From the IMG/VR virus record IMGVR_UViG_3300032050_009172: 64,000 bases of DNA; one strand, written 5' to 3'. The position numbers and the translations under genes are program-made. Origin of the DNA: an uncultured virus (IMG/VR IMGVR_UViG_3300032050_009172) (taxonomy: Duplodnaviria > Heunggongvirae > Uroviricota > Caudoviricetes). The notes beneath the pieces are model-generated. The model had not been told where the DNA came from and did not search any database. It worked only from the letters and a program-made list of their open reading frames with translations. Below, piece by piece: positions 47,647 to 55,928 of the stretch (its first letter is position 1; the number at the start of each line of letters is the position of its first letter).

Positions 47647-48060
47647 AAGCCACATCGCCTGGACACTTCCTCGCAAGAGCACTAGGTCCTGCAACCGTGG
47701 CTTCTCCCCGACGTTCCGCTTGGTTAGCGGATACTGTGACCCGCAGGATAAGAAGTGAGGTGACTCTCAAGGGTGGTAGTCTTCTTACCGAAAGGCCGTT
47801 AGCAACACGATAGCGGTCCCTGTCGGGAAGCGGGTGGAAGGTGTGTGAGAATTGCGGGGCAACCCAAGAGATGATGCACTACAATTACCGCCGGGGGATG
47901 CAGAGCAACTAATTTTCCTGATGCTGGGCAGGACAAGGCCCAGCAGTCCTATCCCAAGGATCACCTGAGCCAGAACTCAGGGCCGATGAGCATCGCAAGC
48001 CCTACCACGGGTGCCGATGGACGATAAATTGGGAAGCAGTAGTTAGCAGTGGGAGGATTT
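47647..48060 (+). ncRNA. GC-rich structured non-coding block (probably 2-3 unknown RNAs)
   Basis: GAAGCCAC/GTGGCTTC, CCCGAC/GTCGGG, TGCTGGGC/GCCCAGCA, CCTGAG/CTCAGG stems; GNRA loops. Confidence 0.45.
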
Positions 48061-48087
48061 GATTTTCAAATCCGAACTTTTAGTTTT

Positions 48088-48237
48088 TATAGTCAAGCAC
48101 CGATAAAGGTATCGTGTAAGGACGCTTACGCTATTCGGGTCCAACCGGCCGGGAACGGATCCTAATATAACTGCTATCGGCTATTGCACTCTTAGCGGAG
48201 GACGCATAAATTGAGCATCTCTCGGTGCTTGACTATA
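48088..48237 (+). ncRNA. unknown ~120-nt RNA enclosed by a perfect 16-bp stem
   Basis: TATAGTCAAGCACCGA / TCGGTGCTTGACTATA. Confidence 0.5.
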
Positions 48238-48241
48238 GAAT

Positions 48242-49213
48242 CTATTCAATGTCAATTTGGCAAAAACTGTTTTTGCCGCCAAATCCAAAATTGGCCTTGA
48301 GTATGCGTTTGCCCGGAAACGGCACAGCATCTACGATGATCCTTGAATCTTTGACTATGAGATCACCAGCTAACACATTGGGTCTTAGGGTTTTTGCACG
48401 GTAATCGTCAAAACTCATGCACATTTCAATGGCGCCGCTGGCTGAGATACAGTGCCCTATGCGGCTTTTGTAGCTGACAATAGGTATGTCTTTGTGAACT
48501 AAAGAATTAAAAACATTGTACTCAAATTGATCTCCCACTGGAGTGCCTGTTGCATGTGCATTCCAAAAATCAATGGTGTCAAAATTGATGCCAGAAATAT
48601 CTCTGGCCAATTGGTGCGCATCACCTGGATTGGCTATGAGTGTGGGGTTGGTACGAAAGATATAATTGCTGATTGTGGCAAATGCACTCATGTTGAATTT
48701 TACACTTGGATGTTTTATCAACATTGCAGCCATGCCTCTACCCATTCGAAATCCAGTACTGGTTGAGTCAAATGCTCTTCCTGAGGATTGATCCAATGCA
48801 CCCATACTGGCAAATCGCCACATGTGAAGTTCGTCATCAACTAAATTATCAGCACAAAAAACAATCACTGGTAATTGGTGTTGCAAGCTCACCATGGATG
48901 CAGTGTACAAGGCATGCATGCTTCCACTGCATTCTGCTACCACATTCGTAACAAATCCGTTGAGATGCAATTTTGTTGCCACAAGACTGACCAAGGCGTC
49001 AATGGTACTGTTCCTAAGTTCAGTAGGACGTCCTCGTTTTTTATTGAGCTCAAAAAAGTCTCGGCTGGGTTTATTTGTTGGTATCAATCCTCCTTTGGAA
49101 GAAGTTACCATTGGCCAGTGTGGCTGAACAATGTTTGCTAGACATGTGCTATCAACGAATTGTTCAATGTTCCAGTCGAGACTGTGGTGATAGGTTAAGA
49201 TTTCAGTGATCAT
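48242..49213 (-). CDS. beta-ketoacyl-ACP synthase (FabF/FabB-like, shortened N-terminus)
   Basis: AECSGS catalytic Cys, NAHATGTPVGD, KSRIGH, NFGFGG.N. Confidence 0.85.
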   Translation of the reverse strand: MITEILTYHHSLDWNIEQFVDSTCLANIVQPHWPMVTSSKGGLIPTNKPSRDFFELNKKRGRPTELRNSTIDALVSLVATKLHLNGFVTNVVAECSGSMHALYTASMVSLQHQLPVIVFCADNLVDDELHMWRFASMGALDQSSGRAFDSTSTGFRMGRGMAAMLIKHPSVKFNMSAFATISNYIFRTNPTLIANPGDAHQLARDISGINFDTIDFWNAHATGTPVGDQFEYNVFNSLVHKDIPIVSYKSRIGHCISASGAIEMCMSFDDYRAKTLRPNVLAGDLIVKDSRIIVDAVPFPGKRILKANFGFGGKNSFCQIDIE

Positions 49214-49304
49214 GTGGGGTACTTATTTGCCCACTGTAACACGACTGCAGAAAACTGTTACAGACTATTTTGGATAGATAAACAACAAATTTATCCAAAA
49301 CTGT

Positions 49305-49333
49305 TTGACAACAAAAGACGTTTGTCTTACAAT
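49305..49333 (+). promoter_or_regulatory. sigma70 promoter of the large ncRNA
   Basis: TTGACA-17-TACAAT. Confidence 0.7.
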
Positions 49334-49339
49334 AGATAC

Positions 49340-50240
49340 ATAGGGCAGTTTATTGTCCTGTGCAGTATGGTTCGCCCAGCTGTACGAAGAATAACTGGGG
49401 TGACCCAGCCAAAGGATGTATGCCTACATAAGTCCGCCAGCAATGGTTCATGTAAACAAGCCTGCTCAGGTCCGTGAGGATCCGATCACTGATAAGACCG
49501 GTGGTTGTAACAATGACGCTGGGAGTATAGGAAAGAGCTGTAACTTACCGGCCCGCAAGGGTAACCGGAGTTGCAGAAAAGTAACAGGTGGTGCTGACTT
49601 CTATACAAAACCAGCCCAGTTAATTGGTATGAGAAAGGGTAGCGTATCGGTCCGAGGGGTTGCACCCAAGGGCTCGTATGCAGTTTGAGTGGTTGGTGGA
49701 GGTACGCGAAAGCCGAGACCCGACACTGATCGCAAAAGACGTCTGAGTAGTTCGCAAGACAAAAGGAACGTGGTGTGTTGTATTTTGTATTCCAAAAGAG
49801 TATGAAGCAACTGAGTCAGCACATCGCAGTAGGTTGATATAGCTCATCGTAGAGCAATTCCCTGTTAAGGAATAGGCTGTGGCTTCAAAACCACTATCTA
49901 ACATAAAAGCAAAGACTGACTCGGTCATGTGTGAAAAGTATCTAATGCTGTAGCCGCAAGGCAATACAGTCAGACGTAACTCGCAAGGTGAAATCTGTTT
50001 ATACTGGAAGTTTCGTAACTGTTTAGCGACAGTGAATGGCTCTAAAGGTCAACGGGATAGATGGTGTAGAGTAGCATGTGATGACAAGACTACTGCCTGT
50101 CTTTAAAAACGGCGATACTGGTAACAGACTGTGATACATAGCAATATGGTTGCAGTGGAAATCGGAAGAAAGCAGACTCGCAAGGTTTGTAATAATGTCC
50201 GAGGTGTTACTGGGTTAGGATGTATTCTCAGTCCGCCACT
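49340..50240 (+). ncRNA. GOLLD-like large non-coding RNA (~900 nt)
   Basis: No credible CDS; many GCAA/GNRA-capped hairpins; long-range pair GTGCTGACT/AGTCAGCAC; embedded tRNA; lies in a phage tRNA array. Family call rests on size, context and recalled motifs; ends approximate. Confidence 0.7.
49833..49903 (+). pseudogene. degenerate tRNA-Asn(GTT) embedded in the large ncRNA
   Basis: D-arm GCTC/GAGC, anticodon arm ATTCC-CTGTTAA-GGAAT, damaged T-arm, bulged acceptor, no CCA. Confidence 0.65.
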
Positions 50241-50334
50241 TTATATACAAACGCACTCCGTACCCGTTGGTGGTTGCTCAATTCAATGAATTGTTCCCCA
50301 AGCATAGAGTGTGTTTCTATATAAATAATTCAAT

Positions 50335-50409
50335 CGCGGGGTACGTCAGCGGTAGACCACCAGGCTCATAACCTGGGAGACGGAGGTTCGATTCCTTCCC
50401 CCGCAACCA
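50335..50409 (+). tRNA. initiator tRNA-fMet(CAT)
   Basis: CGCGGGG acceptor with C1:A72 mismatch, loop CTCATAA, CCA. Confidence 0.9.
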
Positions 50410-50445
50410 ATTCAGCCGAAAGGCTAAATAACTTTAACACAGTGG

Positions 50446-50474
50446 TTGACCTCAAAAGGTAAATACTGTACAAT
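50446..50474 (+). promoter_or_regulatory. sigma70 promoter of the leader peptide / main tRNA array
   Basis: TTGACC-17-TACAAT; predicted start site about at the ATG 50482. Confidence 0.7.
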
Positions 50475-50481
50475 AGGACTT

Positions 50482-50589
50482 ATGATGAAAACACAATATT
50501 GTTCACTGCTACCCAAGTTTGCCCAGACACCAGTTTGGTCACACGCCTATGGTCGCATGAATAGCATTCCAGGAGGCAGAGGGTCCTAA
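50482..50589 (+). CDS. putative attenuator leader peptide (35 aa)
   Basis: MMKTQYCSLLPKFAQTPVWSHAYGRMNSIPGGRGS*; its last codons form the 5' arm of an antiterminator. Confidence 0.65.
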   Translation: MMKTQYCSLLPKFAQTPVWSHAYGRMNSIPGGRGS

Positions 50590-50645
50590 GTAGTATACAA
50601 CCGTATCTTACCCAAGGACCCAGGCGTAAAAACCCTGGGTTTTTT
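50581..50645 (+). terminator. attenuator: mutually exclusive antiterminator and rho-independent terminator
   Basis: GGGTCCT(50581-87)/AGGACCC(50615-21) overlaps ACCCAGG(50618-24)/CCTGGGT(50634-40) followed by a T-tract. Confidence 0.75.
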
Positions 50646-50827
50646 CATTTAGTGCAACGGCAACGCGAGCCTGTATCACTCTAAACTACAAATGGGCGGC
50701 CTCGGGGATGGCTTATGTTCTTGTACATAAAAAAATCCGAGCGTATTAAAACATTCTTTACAAACAGGCAGCCTAAGTAGTTTAGAATGTTTTAATACAC
50801 ACATTCGCAAGAGTGTGTTAAAATTAT

Positions 50828-50901
50828 GTCTCGGTGGTGTAATGGCAGCATGACGGTCTCCAAAACCGTTCGTGGGGGTTCGAGTCCCTCCCGGGATGCC
50901 A
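50828..50901 (+). tRNA. tRNA-Trp(CCA)
   Basis: Cloverleaf, loop CTCCAAA. Confidence 0.9.
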
Positions 50902-50907
50902 AAATTT

Positions 50908-50982
50908 GGGCTGGTAGTGATAATGGGAGCACAGGGGCTTTGCAAGCCTTTAGTCGGGGTTCGATCCCCCGCCGGTCCACCA
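50908..50982 (+). tRNA. tRNA-Ala(TGC)
   Basis: G3:U70, loop TTTGCAA, CCA. Confidence 0.92.
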
Positions 50983-50987
50983 AATAT

Positions 50988-51080
50988 GGAGCAATTGATG
51001 CTATGGCGTGTGCATCGGCGGACTGTAAATCCGTCCCCTCGTGGTAAACATTCTTGGTTCGACTCCAAGTTGCTCCACCA
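50988..51080 (+). tRNA. tRNA-Tyr(GTA)
   Basis: Type II, loop CTGTAAA, CCA. Confidence 0.9.
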
Positions 51081-51120
51081 TATTTTTGTAGTAGGCTCGA
51101 GTGCCTACTAAGTAGATTAT

Positions 51121-51196
51121 TCCCTAGTAGCACAGCGGTAGTTGCACTTGACTGTTAATCAAGGTGTCCGTGGTTCGATCCCACGCTGGGGAGCCA
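51121..51196 (+). tRNA. tRNA-Asn(GTT)
   Basis: Cloverleaf, loop CTGTTAA, GCCA end. Confidence 0.93.
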
Positions 51197-51201
51197 AGTC
51201 A

Positions 51202-51291
51202 GGAAGACGGGCAGGACGGTAATGCAGCAGATTGCTAATCTGTAGATTCTAGTAATAGGGTCATAGGGTTCGACTCCCTAGTCTTCCACCA
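51202..51291 (+). tRNA. tRNA-Ser(GCT)
   Basis: Type II, loop TTGCTAA, CCA. Confidence 0.88.
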
Positions 51292-51297
51292 CAATTC

Positions 51298-51371
51298 GCC
51301 CTACTAGTACAATGGTAGTACACTGGTTTTGTAATCCTGTGATGGCAGTTCGATTCTGTCGTGGGGCACCA
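51298..51371 (+). tRNA. tRNA-Thr(TGT)
   Basis: Loop TTTGTAA; anticodon stem has two U-U mismatches; CCA. Confidence 0.8.
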
Positions 51372-51374
51372 AGT

Positions 51375-51574
51375 TTTGAGAGTGTCAGCAAGAGAAAGAC
51401 ACGCTAGGAAGATTCTTCGAAGGTCAACCTAGTGTAAAGCACGGGCGGCGTGATTCCGTACACAACTAAGTAATCAATCTGTGTGTTAAGTATTCCAAGT
51501 GACGTATCACCCTCCCGGCCGGCTTTATTACACGGGTCAATGGTAGCAATAACAGTGATGCTACTACTCTCAAA
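51375..51574 (+). ncRNA. unknown ~200-nt RNA between tRNA-Thr and tRNA-Arg
   Basis: Closing stem TTTGAGAGT/ACTCTCAAA; internal ACGCTAGG/CCTAGTGT hairpin. Confidence 0.5.
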
Positions 51575-51582
51575 TTCAATAC

Positions 51583-51660
51583 ACCACCTTAGCTCATTTG
51601 GATTAGAGCACTGTGCTACGAACGCAGGGGCGGGGAGTTCGAATCTCTCAGGTGGTACCA
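51583..51660 (+). tRNA. tRNA-Arg(ACG)
   Basis: Loop CTACGAA, CCA. Confidence 0.9.
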
Positions 51661-51700
51661 ACACATAGCCATACTCTCCCTTGACGAGTTAGGTCCCTGG

Positions 51701-52825
51701 CTATTGTATAACTTCTTGCGCTAAATTTTCTAGCACACCAAACACTGAGTTGATTGTGTGTTGTGTGATGTTGCGCAGTCGAATCAGCTGGCTTGTTCGA
51801 GACACAAACTGTTCTCGTTGAGCAGGTGAGTGCTGTATTGTTTCTAGCATACTACATGTATCAGTCATTAACTGTTTTTGTGTTTTGGTAAGTTTTGCAA
51901 CTGTTAGTTGTTTTTGTATAACTGCAATCAACTGCTGACGTTCGAGAGTGGTAAGCACTTCTGACTGTAGCCAAACAGGATAAGATAAAGGGATCACATT
52001 AAATGGCAGTCGACGGACATTGGCGTATTCAAACAGTTCAATGATATTTTGCAAATTTAAAAATTGCAACACTGCCGACAAATGTATCTTTGCTCCGGGC
52101 AATGCCTGTTGTAGTGCAACAATGTTTGATTGCACAACTGACCATTGTGCCGGATAGCGTAAAAATTCAAATGTTGGCCCAGTACCGTCTACACTAACCA
52201 TCACATCAAGGTCAGATATTTTTTGTAACCGCTCAAGATGTTTTTTGGTTAGTTGAGTGGCATTGGTAATAATTCGTGTTTTAAGATTTTTTTCAATAAC
52301 CGCATCGAGCAATTCAATATTGTGTTTGGTTACAAAAAATTCGCCGCCAATAAAACCTATTGATTTAAGGTCTGGCAACTGTTTAATAACTTCAAGTGCA
52401 TGATCTTCGTGATTGATCACTATTGATTGTTTAATCCATCCAAGTTTGGCATATTCCTGACCTGATTTGGTACTATGAGAAGGATTGCACGACAAGCAAC
52501 TGAGATTACATGCGTTGCCAGGGAAAATTTCCAAGTCAACAATTTTAGTTTTGGTTTCATGCTCAAACACTTTAATATACTTGTTTCGGATACTAGGCAA
52601 GTTATTATCTTCGTCTACTTTGCATGCCTTGCATCCATCTGGCAATGATTCTTTTGTAAGCAAATGTTGCTGAAGAGACGCTAGTTCAGATGATTGCAAA
52701 TAATCATTAATCGTTGCGTACTGCTTGATAGGTTTGTAATTGCAACAAGGCCTAACAGTTGGATTGAGATCTTTATCAGTATACATATGAATACTAACAA
52801 ATGGTTTTGGACAATATTTGTTCAT
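51701..52825 (-). CDS. radical SAM protein with N-terminal SPASM/twitch-like domain
   Basis: C..PF, RPCC, C..C..E, CNLSCLSC, GGE, TNAT, SVDG. Confidence 0.85.
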   Translation of the reverse strand: MNKYCPKPFVSIHMYTDKDLNPTVRPCCNYKPIKQYATINDYLQSSELASLQQHLLTKESLPDGCKACKVDEDNNLPSIRNKYIKVFEHETKTKIVDLEIFPGNACNLSCLSCNPSHSTKSGQEYAKLGWIKQSIVINHEDHALEVIKQLPDLKSIGFIGGEFFVTKHNIELLDAVIEKNLKTRIITNATQLTKKHLERLQKISDLDVMVSVDGTGPTFEFLRYPAQWSVVQSNIVALQQALPGAKIHLSAVLQFLNLQNIIELFEYANVRRLPFNVIPLSYPVWLQSEVLTTLERQQLIAVIQKQLTVAKLTKTQKQLMTDTCSMLETIQHSPAQREQFVSRTSQLIRLRNITQHTINSVFGVLENLAQEVIQ

Positions 52826-52886
52826 TCAAATACTTATTTTAAAAAGGAGAGTCTGTCATGAATAGTGACAAGAGTGACAAGATACC

Positions 52887-52961
52887 GGGGGTGTGGTGAA
52901 ACGGTATCACAGCAGACTTTTAATCTGCCAATTTCGGGTTCGAATCCCGGCGCCCCTACCA
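52887..52961 (+). tRNA. tRNA-Lys(TTT)
   Basis: Loop CTTTTAA, CCA. Confidence 0.88.
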
Positions 52962-53049
52962 TATAAAAACACATTCAACTAATGACACGGGTGGTAGCCG
53001 TGTATCTTAGTGGGCTAACGAACTACTACGCCTGAGTGTGTTCCTATAT

Positions 53050-53124
53050 GGTGACGTTAGTTTAGTGGCAAAACCGCGGGTTGTGATTCCGCTGTCATGA
53101 GTTCGATTCTCATACGACACCCCA
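53050..53124 (+). tRNA. tRNA-His(GTG)
   Basis: G-1/C73, loop TTGTGAT, CCA. Confidence 0.9.
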
Positions 53125-53129
53125 GACAT

Positions 53130-53221
53130 GCCCCTATAGTTTAATGGTAAAACGGCGGATTTATATCCCGTAAGCAACAGATAATTGGTTCATCTGGGTT
53201 CGACTCCCGGTGGGGGTACCA
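53130..53221 (+). tRNA. atypical tRNA with TAT anticodon (Ile?) and 22-nt variable region
   Basis: Acceptor GCCCCTA/TGGGGGT, loop TTTATAT, T-arm CTGGG-TTCGACT-CCCGG, CCA. Confidence 0.7.
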
Positions 53222-53226
53222 AACAT

Positions 53227-53301
53227 GGATGTATAGCATAATGGTAGTGCGCCTCCTTCATACGGAGTCAAGTGGTAGTTCGACTCTACTTACATCCACC
53301 A
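53227..53301 (+). tRNA. elongator tRNA-Met(CAT)
   Basis: Loop TTCATAC, paired 1:72, CCA. Confidence 0.85.
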
Positions 53302-53313
53302 AATAGTTTTTGT

Positions 53314-53387
53314 TCGGGTATAGTGTAATGGTAACACTACAGACTTTGACTCTGTCATTCTAGGTTCGAGCCCTAGTACCCGTGCCA
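53314..53387 (+). tRNA. tRNA-Gln(TTG)
   Basis: Loop CTTTGAC, unpaired 1:72, GCCA end. Confidence 0.92.
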
Positions 53388-53393
53388 AGTTTT

Positions 53394-53468
53394 TGCCGTG
53401 TAGCTCAGAGGAAGAGCAATCGCTTGATAAGCGATAGGTCGACATTTCGAAACTGTCCATGGCAACCA
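53394..53468 (+). tRNA. tRNA-Ile(GAT)
   Basis: Loop TTGATAA; atypical T-arm; CCA. Confidence 0.85.
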
Positions 53469-53516
53469 AATGATCTTTACAACAGTGTCTGAGTGTTGTA
53501 TAATAAGTATTTTAAC

Positions 53517-53590
53517 GCAGGGTTCGTATAGTGGTAATACCTTAGCCTTCCAAGCTAAAGCGAGGGGTTCGATTCCCCTACCCTGCTCCA
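53517..53590 (+). tRNA. tRNA-Gly(TCC)
   Basis: Loop CTTCCAA, TCCA end. Confidence 0.93.
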
Positions 53591-53603
53591 CAAGGAACAA
53601 ACA

Positions 53604-53822
53604 ATGGACATGGATCAAGCGGCTGTATTCTTAGCTGGTAGTATTTTGACAGCAATAGGATTTGTAGTGATTGTGGCGGCGGCTGTTGCTGTCAACAACA
53701 TCATAAGTCGTTACTGGAAGCCTGTAAAAATTTTCACAGCAGACAGTTGGAATCTGGGCCACGGCACAAGATTTGCTGAACCCCATGAACTTGACAAAAG
53801 TCAAGAACCCAAAGTAAAATAA
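53604..53822 (+). CDS. small membrane protein
   Basis: AAGGA SD, one TM helix. Confidence 0.7.
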   Translation: MDMDQAAVFLAGSILTAIGFVVIVAAAVAVNNIISRYWKPVKIFTADSWNLGHGTRFAEPHELDKSQEPKVK

Positions 53823-53828
53823 AATACA

Positions 53829-53905
53829 CGGAGTATAGCACAGCCTGGTAGTGCGCCTGGTTTGGGACCAGGAGGTCCGAGGTTCGAACCCTCGTACTCC
53901 GACCA
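53829..53905 (+). tRNA. tRNA-Pro(TGG)
   Basis: CGGAG acceptor, loop TTTGGGA, CCA. Confidence 0.95.
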
Positions 53906-53911
53906 ATAGAT

Positions 53912-53987
53912 GTAGGTGTGTGCCGAATGGCTAGGCGCCGGATTGCAAATCCGTATAATGCAGGTTCGAGTCCTGTCACCTACTCCA
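53912..53987 (+). tRNA. tRNA-Cys(GCA)
   Basis: Loop TTGCAAA, U73, CCA. Confidence 0.9.
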
Positions 53988-53991
53988 AGTT

Positions 53992-54172
53992 TAGAAAAGA
54001 TGTGTGAAAAACTCATTGACTATGGGCCCAACTGCTAGGGACCTTAACGTTATCCAGGTGCCGCTGGGATTAAGTTCCAGACTGCTAGTCACAGTCGAAC
54101 CATGTGCCAGGAAGGATGTGAGCTACCCGAAAGGATGTTCAGTACCTTTAAACGCAAAGCAGTATCTTTTTT
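53992..54172 (+). ncRNA. unknown ~180-nt RNA between tRNA-Cys and tRNA-Ser
   Basis: Closing stem AAAAGAT/ATCTTTT; internal hairpins; no long ORF. Confidence 0.35.
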
Positions 54173-54181
54173 AATTTTTTA

Positions 54182-54272
54182 GGAAGTGTGGCAGAGTTGG
54201 TTGATTGCAGCAGTCTTGAAAACTGCCGGCTCCGAAAGGGGTCCGTGAGTTCGAATCTCACCACTTCCACCA
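54182..54272 (+). tRNA. tRNA-Ser(TGA)
   Basis: Type II, loop CTTGAAA, CCA. Confidence 0.93.
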
Positions 54273-54277
54273 TATAC

Positions 54278-54352
54278 GGGTGATTAGCTCAGCGGTAGAG
54301 TCGCTGCCTTACACGCAGTTTGTCGGGAGTTCGATCCTCTCATCACCCACCA
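54278..54352 (+). tRNA. tRNA-Val(TAC)
   Basis: Loop CTTACAC, CCA. Confidence 0.93.
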
Positions 54353-54357
54353 TTCAT

Positions 54358-54433
<76 letters not shown>

Positions 54434-54434
54434 G

Positions 54435-54638
54435 TTAGATTTTAGGTGTAAGATGTTTGATGCGTTGATTCACCACATGCTCGACTGAATTGTCGTTGTA
54501 GGCCATAGCAGCCAGCAAGCCTGTTAGATATCCGCGCTCGTAGGCCAACTGTTGTTGTTTGGTCACAAACGTTTTGCCCAATGTTTCCATTGCAAGCAAA
54601 CGCTCTATTTTTTTGATGGAGTCTTGTTTGGTTTGCAT
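54435..54638 (-). CDS. 67-aa hypothetical protein antisense between tRNAs
   Basis: ATG 4 nt after TAAATA; fits between tRNA-Phe and tRNA-Leu. Confidence 0.6.
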   Translation of the reverse strand: MQTKQDSIKKIERLLAMETLGKTFVTKQQQLAYERGYLTGLLAAMAYNDNSVEHVVNQRIKHLTPKI

Positions 54639-54649
54639 GATGTATTTAA

Positions 54650-54726
54650 GCCCCGGTGACGGAATTGGTATACGTGTTGGTCTTAGAAGCCAAATTTTAG
54701 GAGTTCGAGTCTCCTCTGGGGCACCA
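54650..54726 (+). tRNA. tRNA-Leu(TAG), short variable loop
   Basis: Loop CTTAGAA, 5-nt variable loop, CCA. Confidence 0.88.
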
Positions 54727-54764
54727 AATTTAATGTAGCTTGCACAGACTTTTAAATACACTGT

Positions 54765-55538
54765 ATGGCTACAATTACTCAAATAGAACAGTACTGGGAT
54801 CAACAACCTTGTAATATAAAGCATGGGTTGGCACCAGAAGGCACAGAAGAATTTTGGAACAACATCAATCGTCGTAGATGGTTTGTTGGGCCGCATTTGT
54901 GGCAGTTGGCCGACTTTGAAAACTGCAAGGGACGGCGGGTGCTAGAACTAGGATGCGGCATTGGATCTGATGCTGAACAATTTGTACGGCATGGTGCTGA
55001 ATACGTTGGGATTGATCTTAGCAGTCGTAGCATAGAACTTTGTGAGCAGAGATTTACTGTTATGGGATTAGATGCTGAATTCTATCACATGGACGCAGGC
55101 GACAGTCAGCGTGTTGCAGGGCTAGGACAATTTGATATGGTGTATGCTTGTGGTGTATTGCATCACTATCCCAATGTAGAACAAGTGGTCAGCAATGCTT
55201 ACGCAAGTCTAGCATCTGATGGGGAGTTTCGTTTCCTAGTGTATGCTCGCAACAGTTGGAAATGGGCAATGATTCAGTCTGGGCTGGACCAGTTTGAAGC
55301 GCAAGACAACTGCCCATATGCCAGAGTTTACAGTCAAGGAGAAATACAAAAACTGCTGGACGTACACTTTGATATCAAAAGCATCAAGCAAGATTACTGT
55401 TTTATGTACAATGTAGAGCAGTACAAACAAGGAAATTATGTGTTGGAACCATGGTTTGCTGCCATGAGCGATGCACAACGCCAGGCTGTCAATCAACAGC
55501 TAGGTTGGCATTTAAGCGTGATTGCCGCAAAGCAATAA
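54765..55538 (+). CDS. class I SAM-dependent methyltransferase
   Basis: VLELGCGIGSD, GIDLS, FDMVYACGVLHH. Confidence 0.88.
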   Translation: MATITQIEQYWDQQPCNIKHGLAPEGTEEFWNNINRRRWFVGPHLWQLADFENCKGRRVLELGCGIGSDAEQFVRHGAEYVGIDLSSRSIELCEQRFTVMGLDAEFYHMDAGDSQRVAGLGQFDMVYACGVLHHYPNVEQVVSNAYASLASDGEFRFLVYARNSWKWAMIQSGLDQFEAQDNCPYARVYSQGEIQKLLDVHFDIKSIKQDYCFMYNVEQYKQGNYVLEPWFAAMSDAQRQAVNQQLGWHLSVIAAKQ

Positions 55539-55557
55539 ATACAAAAAGGAGATTATT

Positions 55558-55857
55558 ATGGCTATAGTTGCTAAAACTGTGTTGGTGTATGCGTCTGTAG
55601 AAGATCGAGAAACAGCAAGAACTATTATCCCTTGGAGTAATTATTTACAAATTGTTGGAGACGGTGGGCATGATGACTTTACTGTGGTTGGTACCGCAGG
55701 TCTCGACCCGTCAGAACTAGGTCCCACCCATTTAACTGTAACTCGAAAATGGGAAAACAAAAAAAATGCAGAAGACTTTGTTGAATGGATGACTGCACAA
55801 CTTTCAACTTTTAGTGTTGTTCCTGTGTCATTTACTGTAGAAGATTATACAGAATAA
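55558..55857 (+). CDS. hypothetical protein
   Basis: AAGGAG SD, ATG 55558. Confidence 0.7.
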   Translation: MAIVAKTVLVYASVEDRETARTIIPWSNYLQIVGDGGHDDFTVVGTAGLDPSELGPTHLTVTRKWENKKNAEDFVEWMTAQLSTFSVVPVSFTVEDYTE

Positions 55858-55887
55858 CGCATGATCAGATTGTCTGACACAAGTTAT

Positions 55888-55922
55888 AAAAACAGTAGGC
55901 CAGTCCTACTGTTTTTTTTTTT
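55888..55922 (+). terminator. rho-independent terminator
   Basis: ACAGTAGG-CCAGT-CCTACTGT followed by a long T-tract. Confidence 0.85.
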
Positions 55923-55928
55923 GCAAAT

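Noticed and set aside
47980..48030. Hammerhead ribozyme (CCGATGAG...GACGATA)
   Set aside because: Both invariant core segments deviate (CUGAUGA and GAAA are required) and stems I/III are not evident.
49214..49964. ORFs 49214-49477, 49416-49688, 49601-49822 and 49620-49964
   Set aside because: No SD or recognisable motifs; they overlap the hairpin-rich large ncRNA.
46849..50240. RNase P RNA or SRP RNA
   Set aside because: I did not find the GAGGAAAGUCC / ACAGAA..CGGCUUA or CAGGUCCGGAAGGAAGCAG signatures.
50676..51668. Several 60-130 aa ORFs on both strands
   Set aside because: They overlap bona fide tRNA genes and structured RNA and are shadow ORFs.
52857..52899. Mini-ORF MNSDKSDKIPGVW with an AGGAG SD and an AGTGACAAG repeat before tRNA-Lys
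   Set aside because: Only 13 codons and it runs into the tRNA; not enough support without comparative data.
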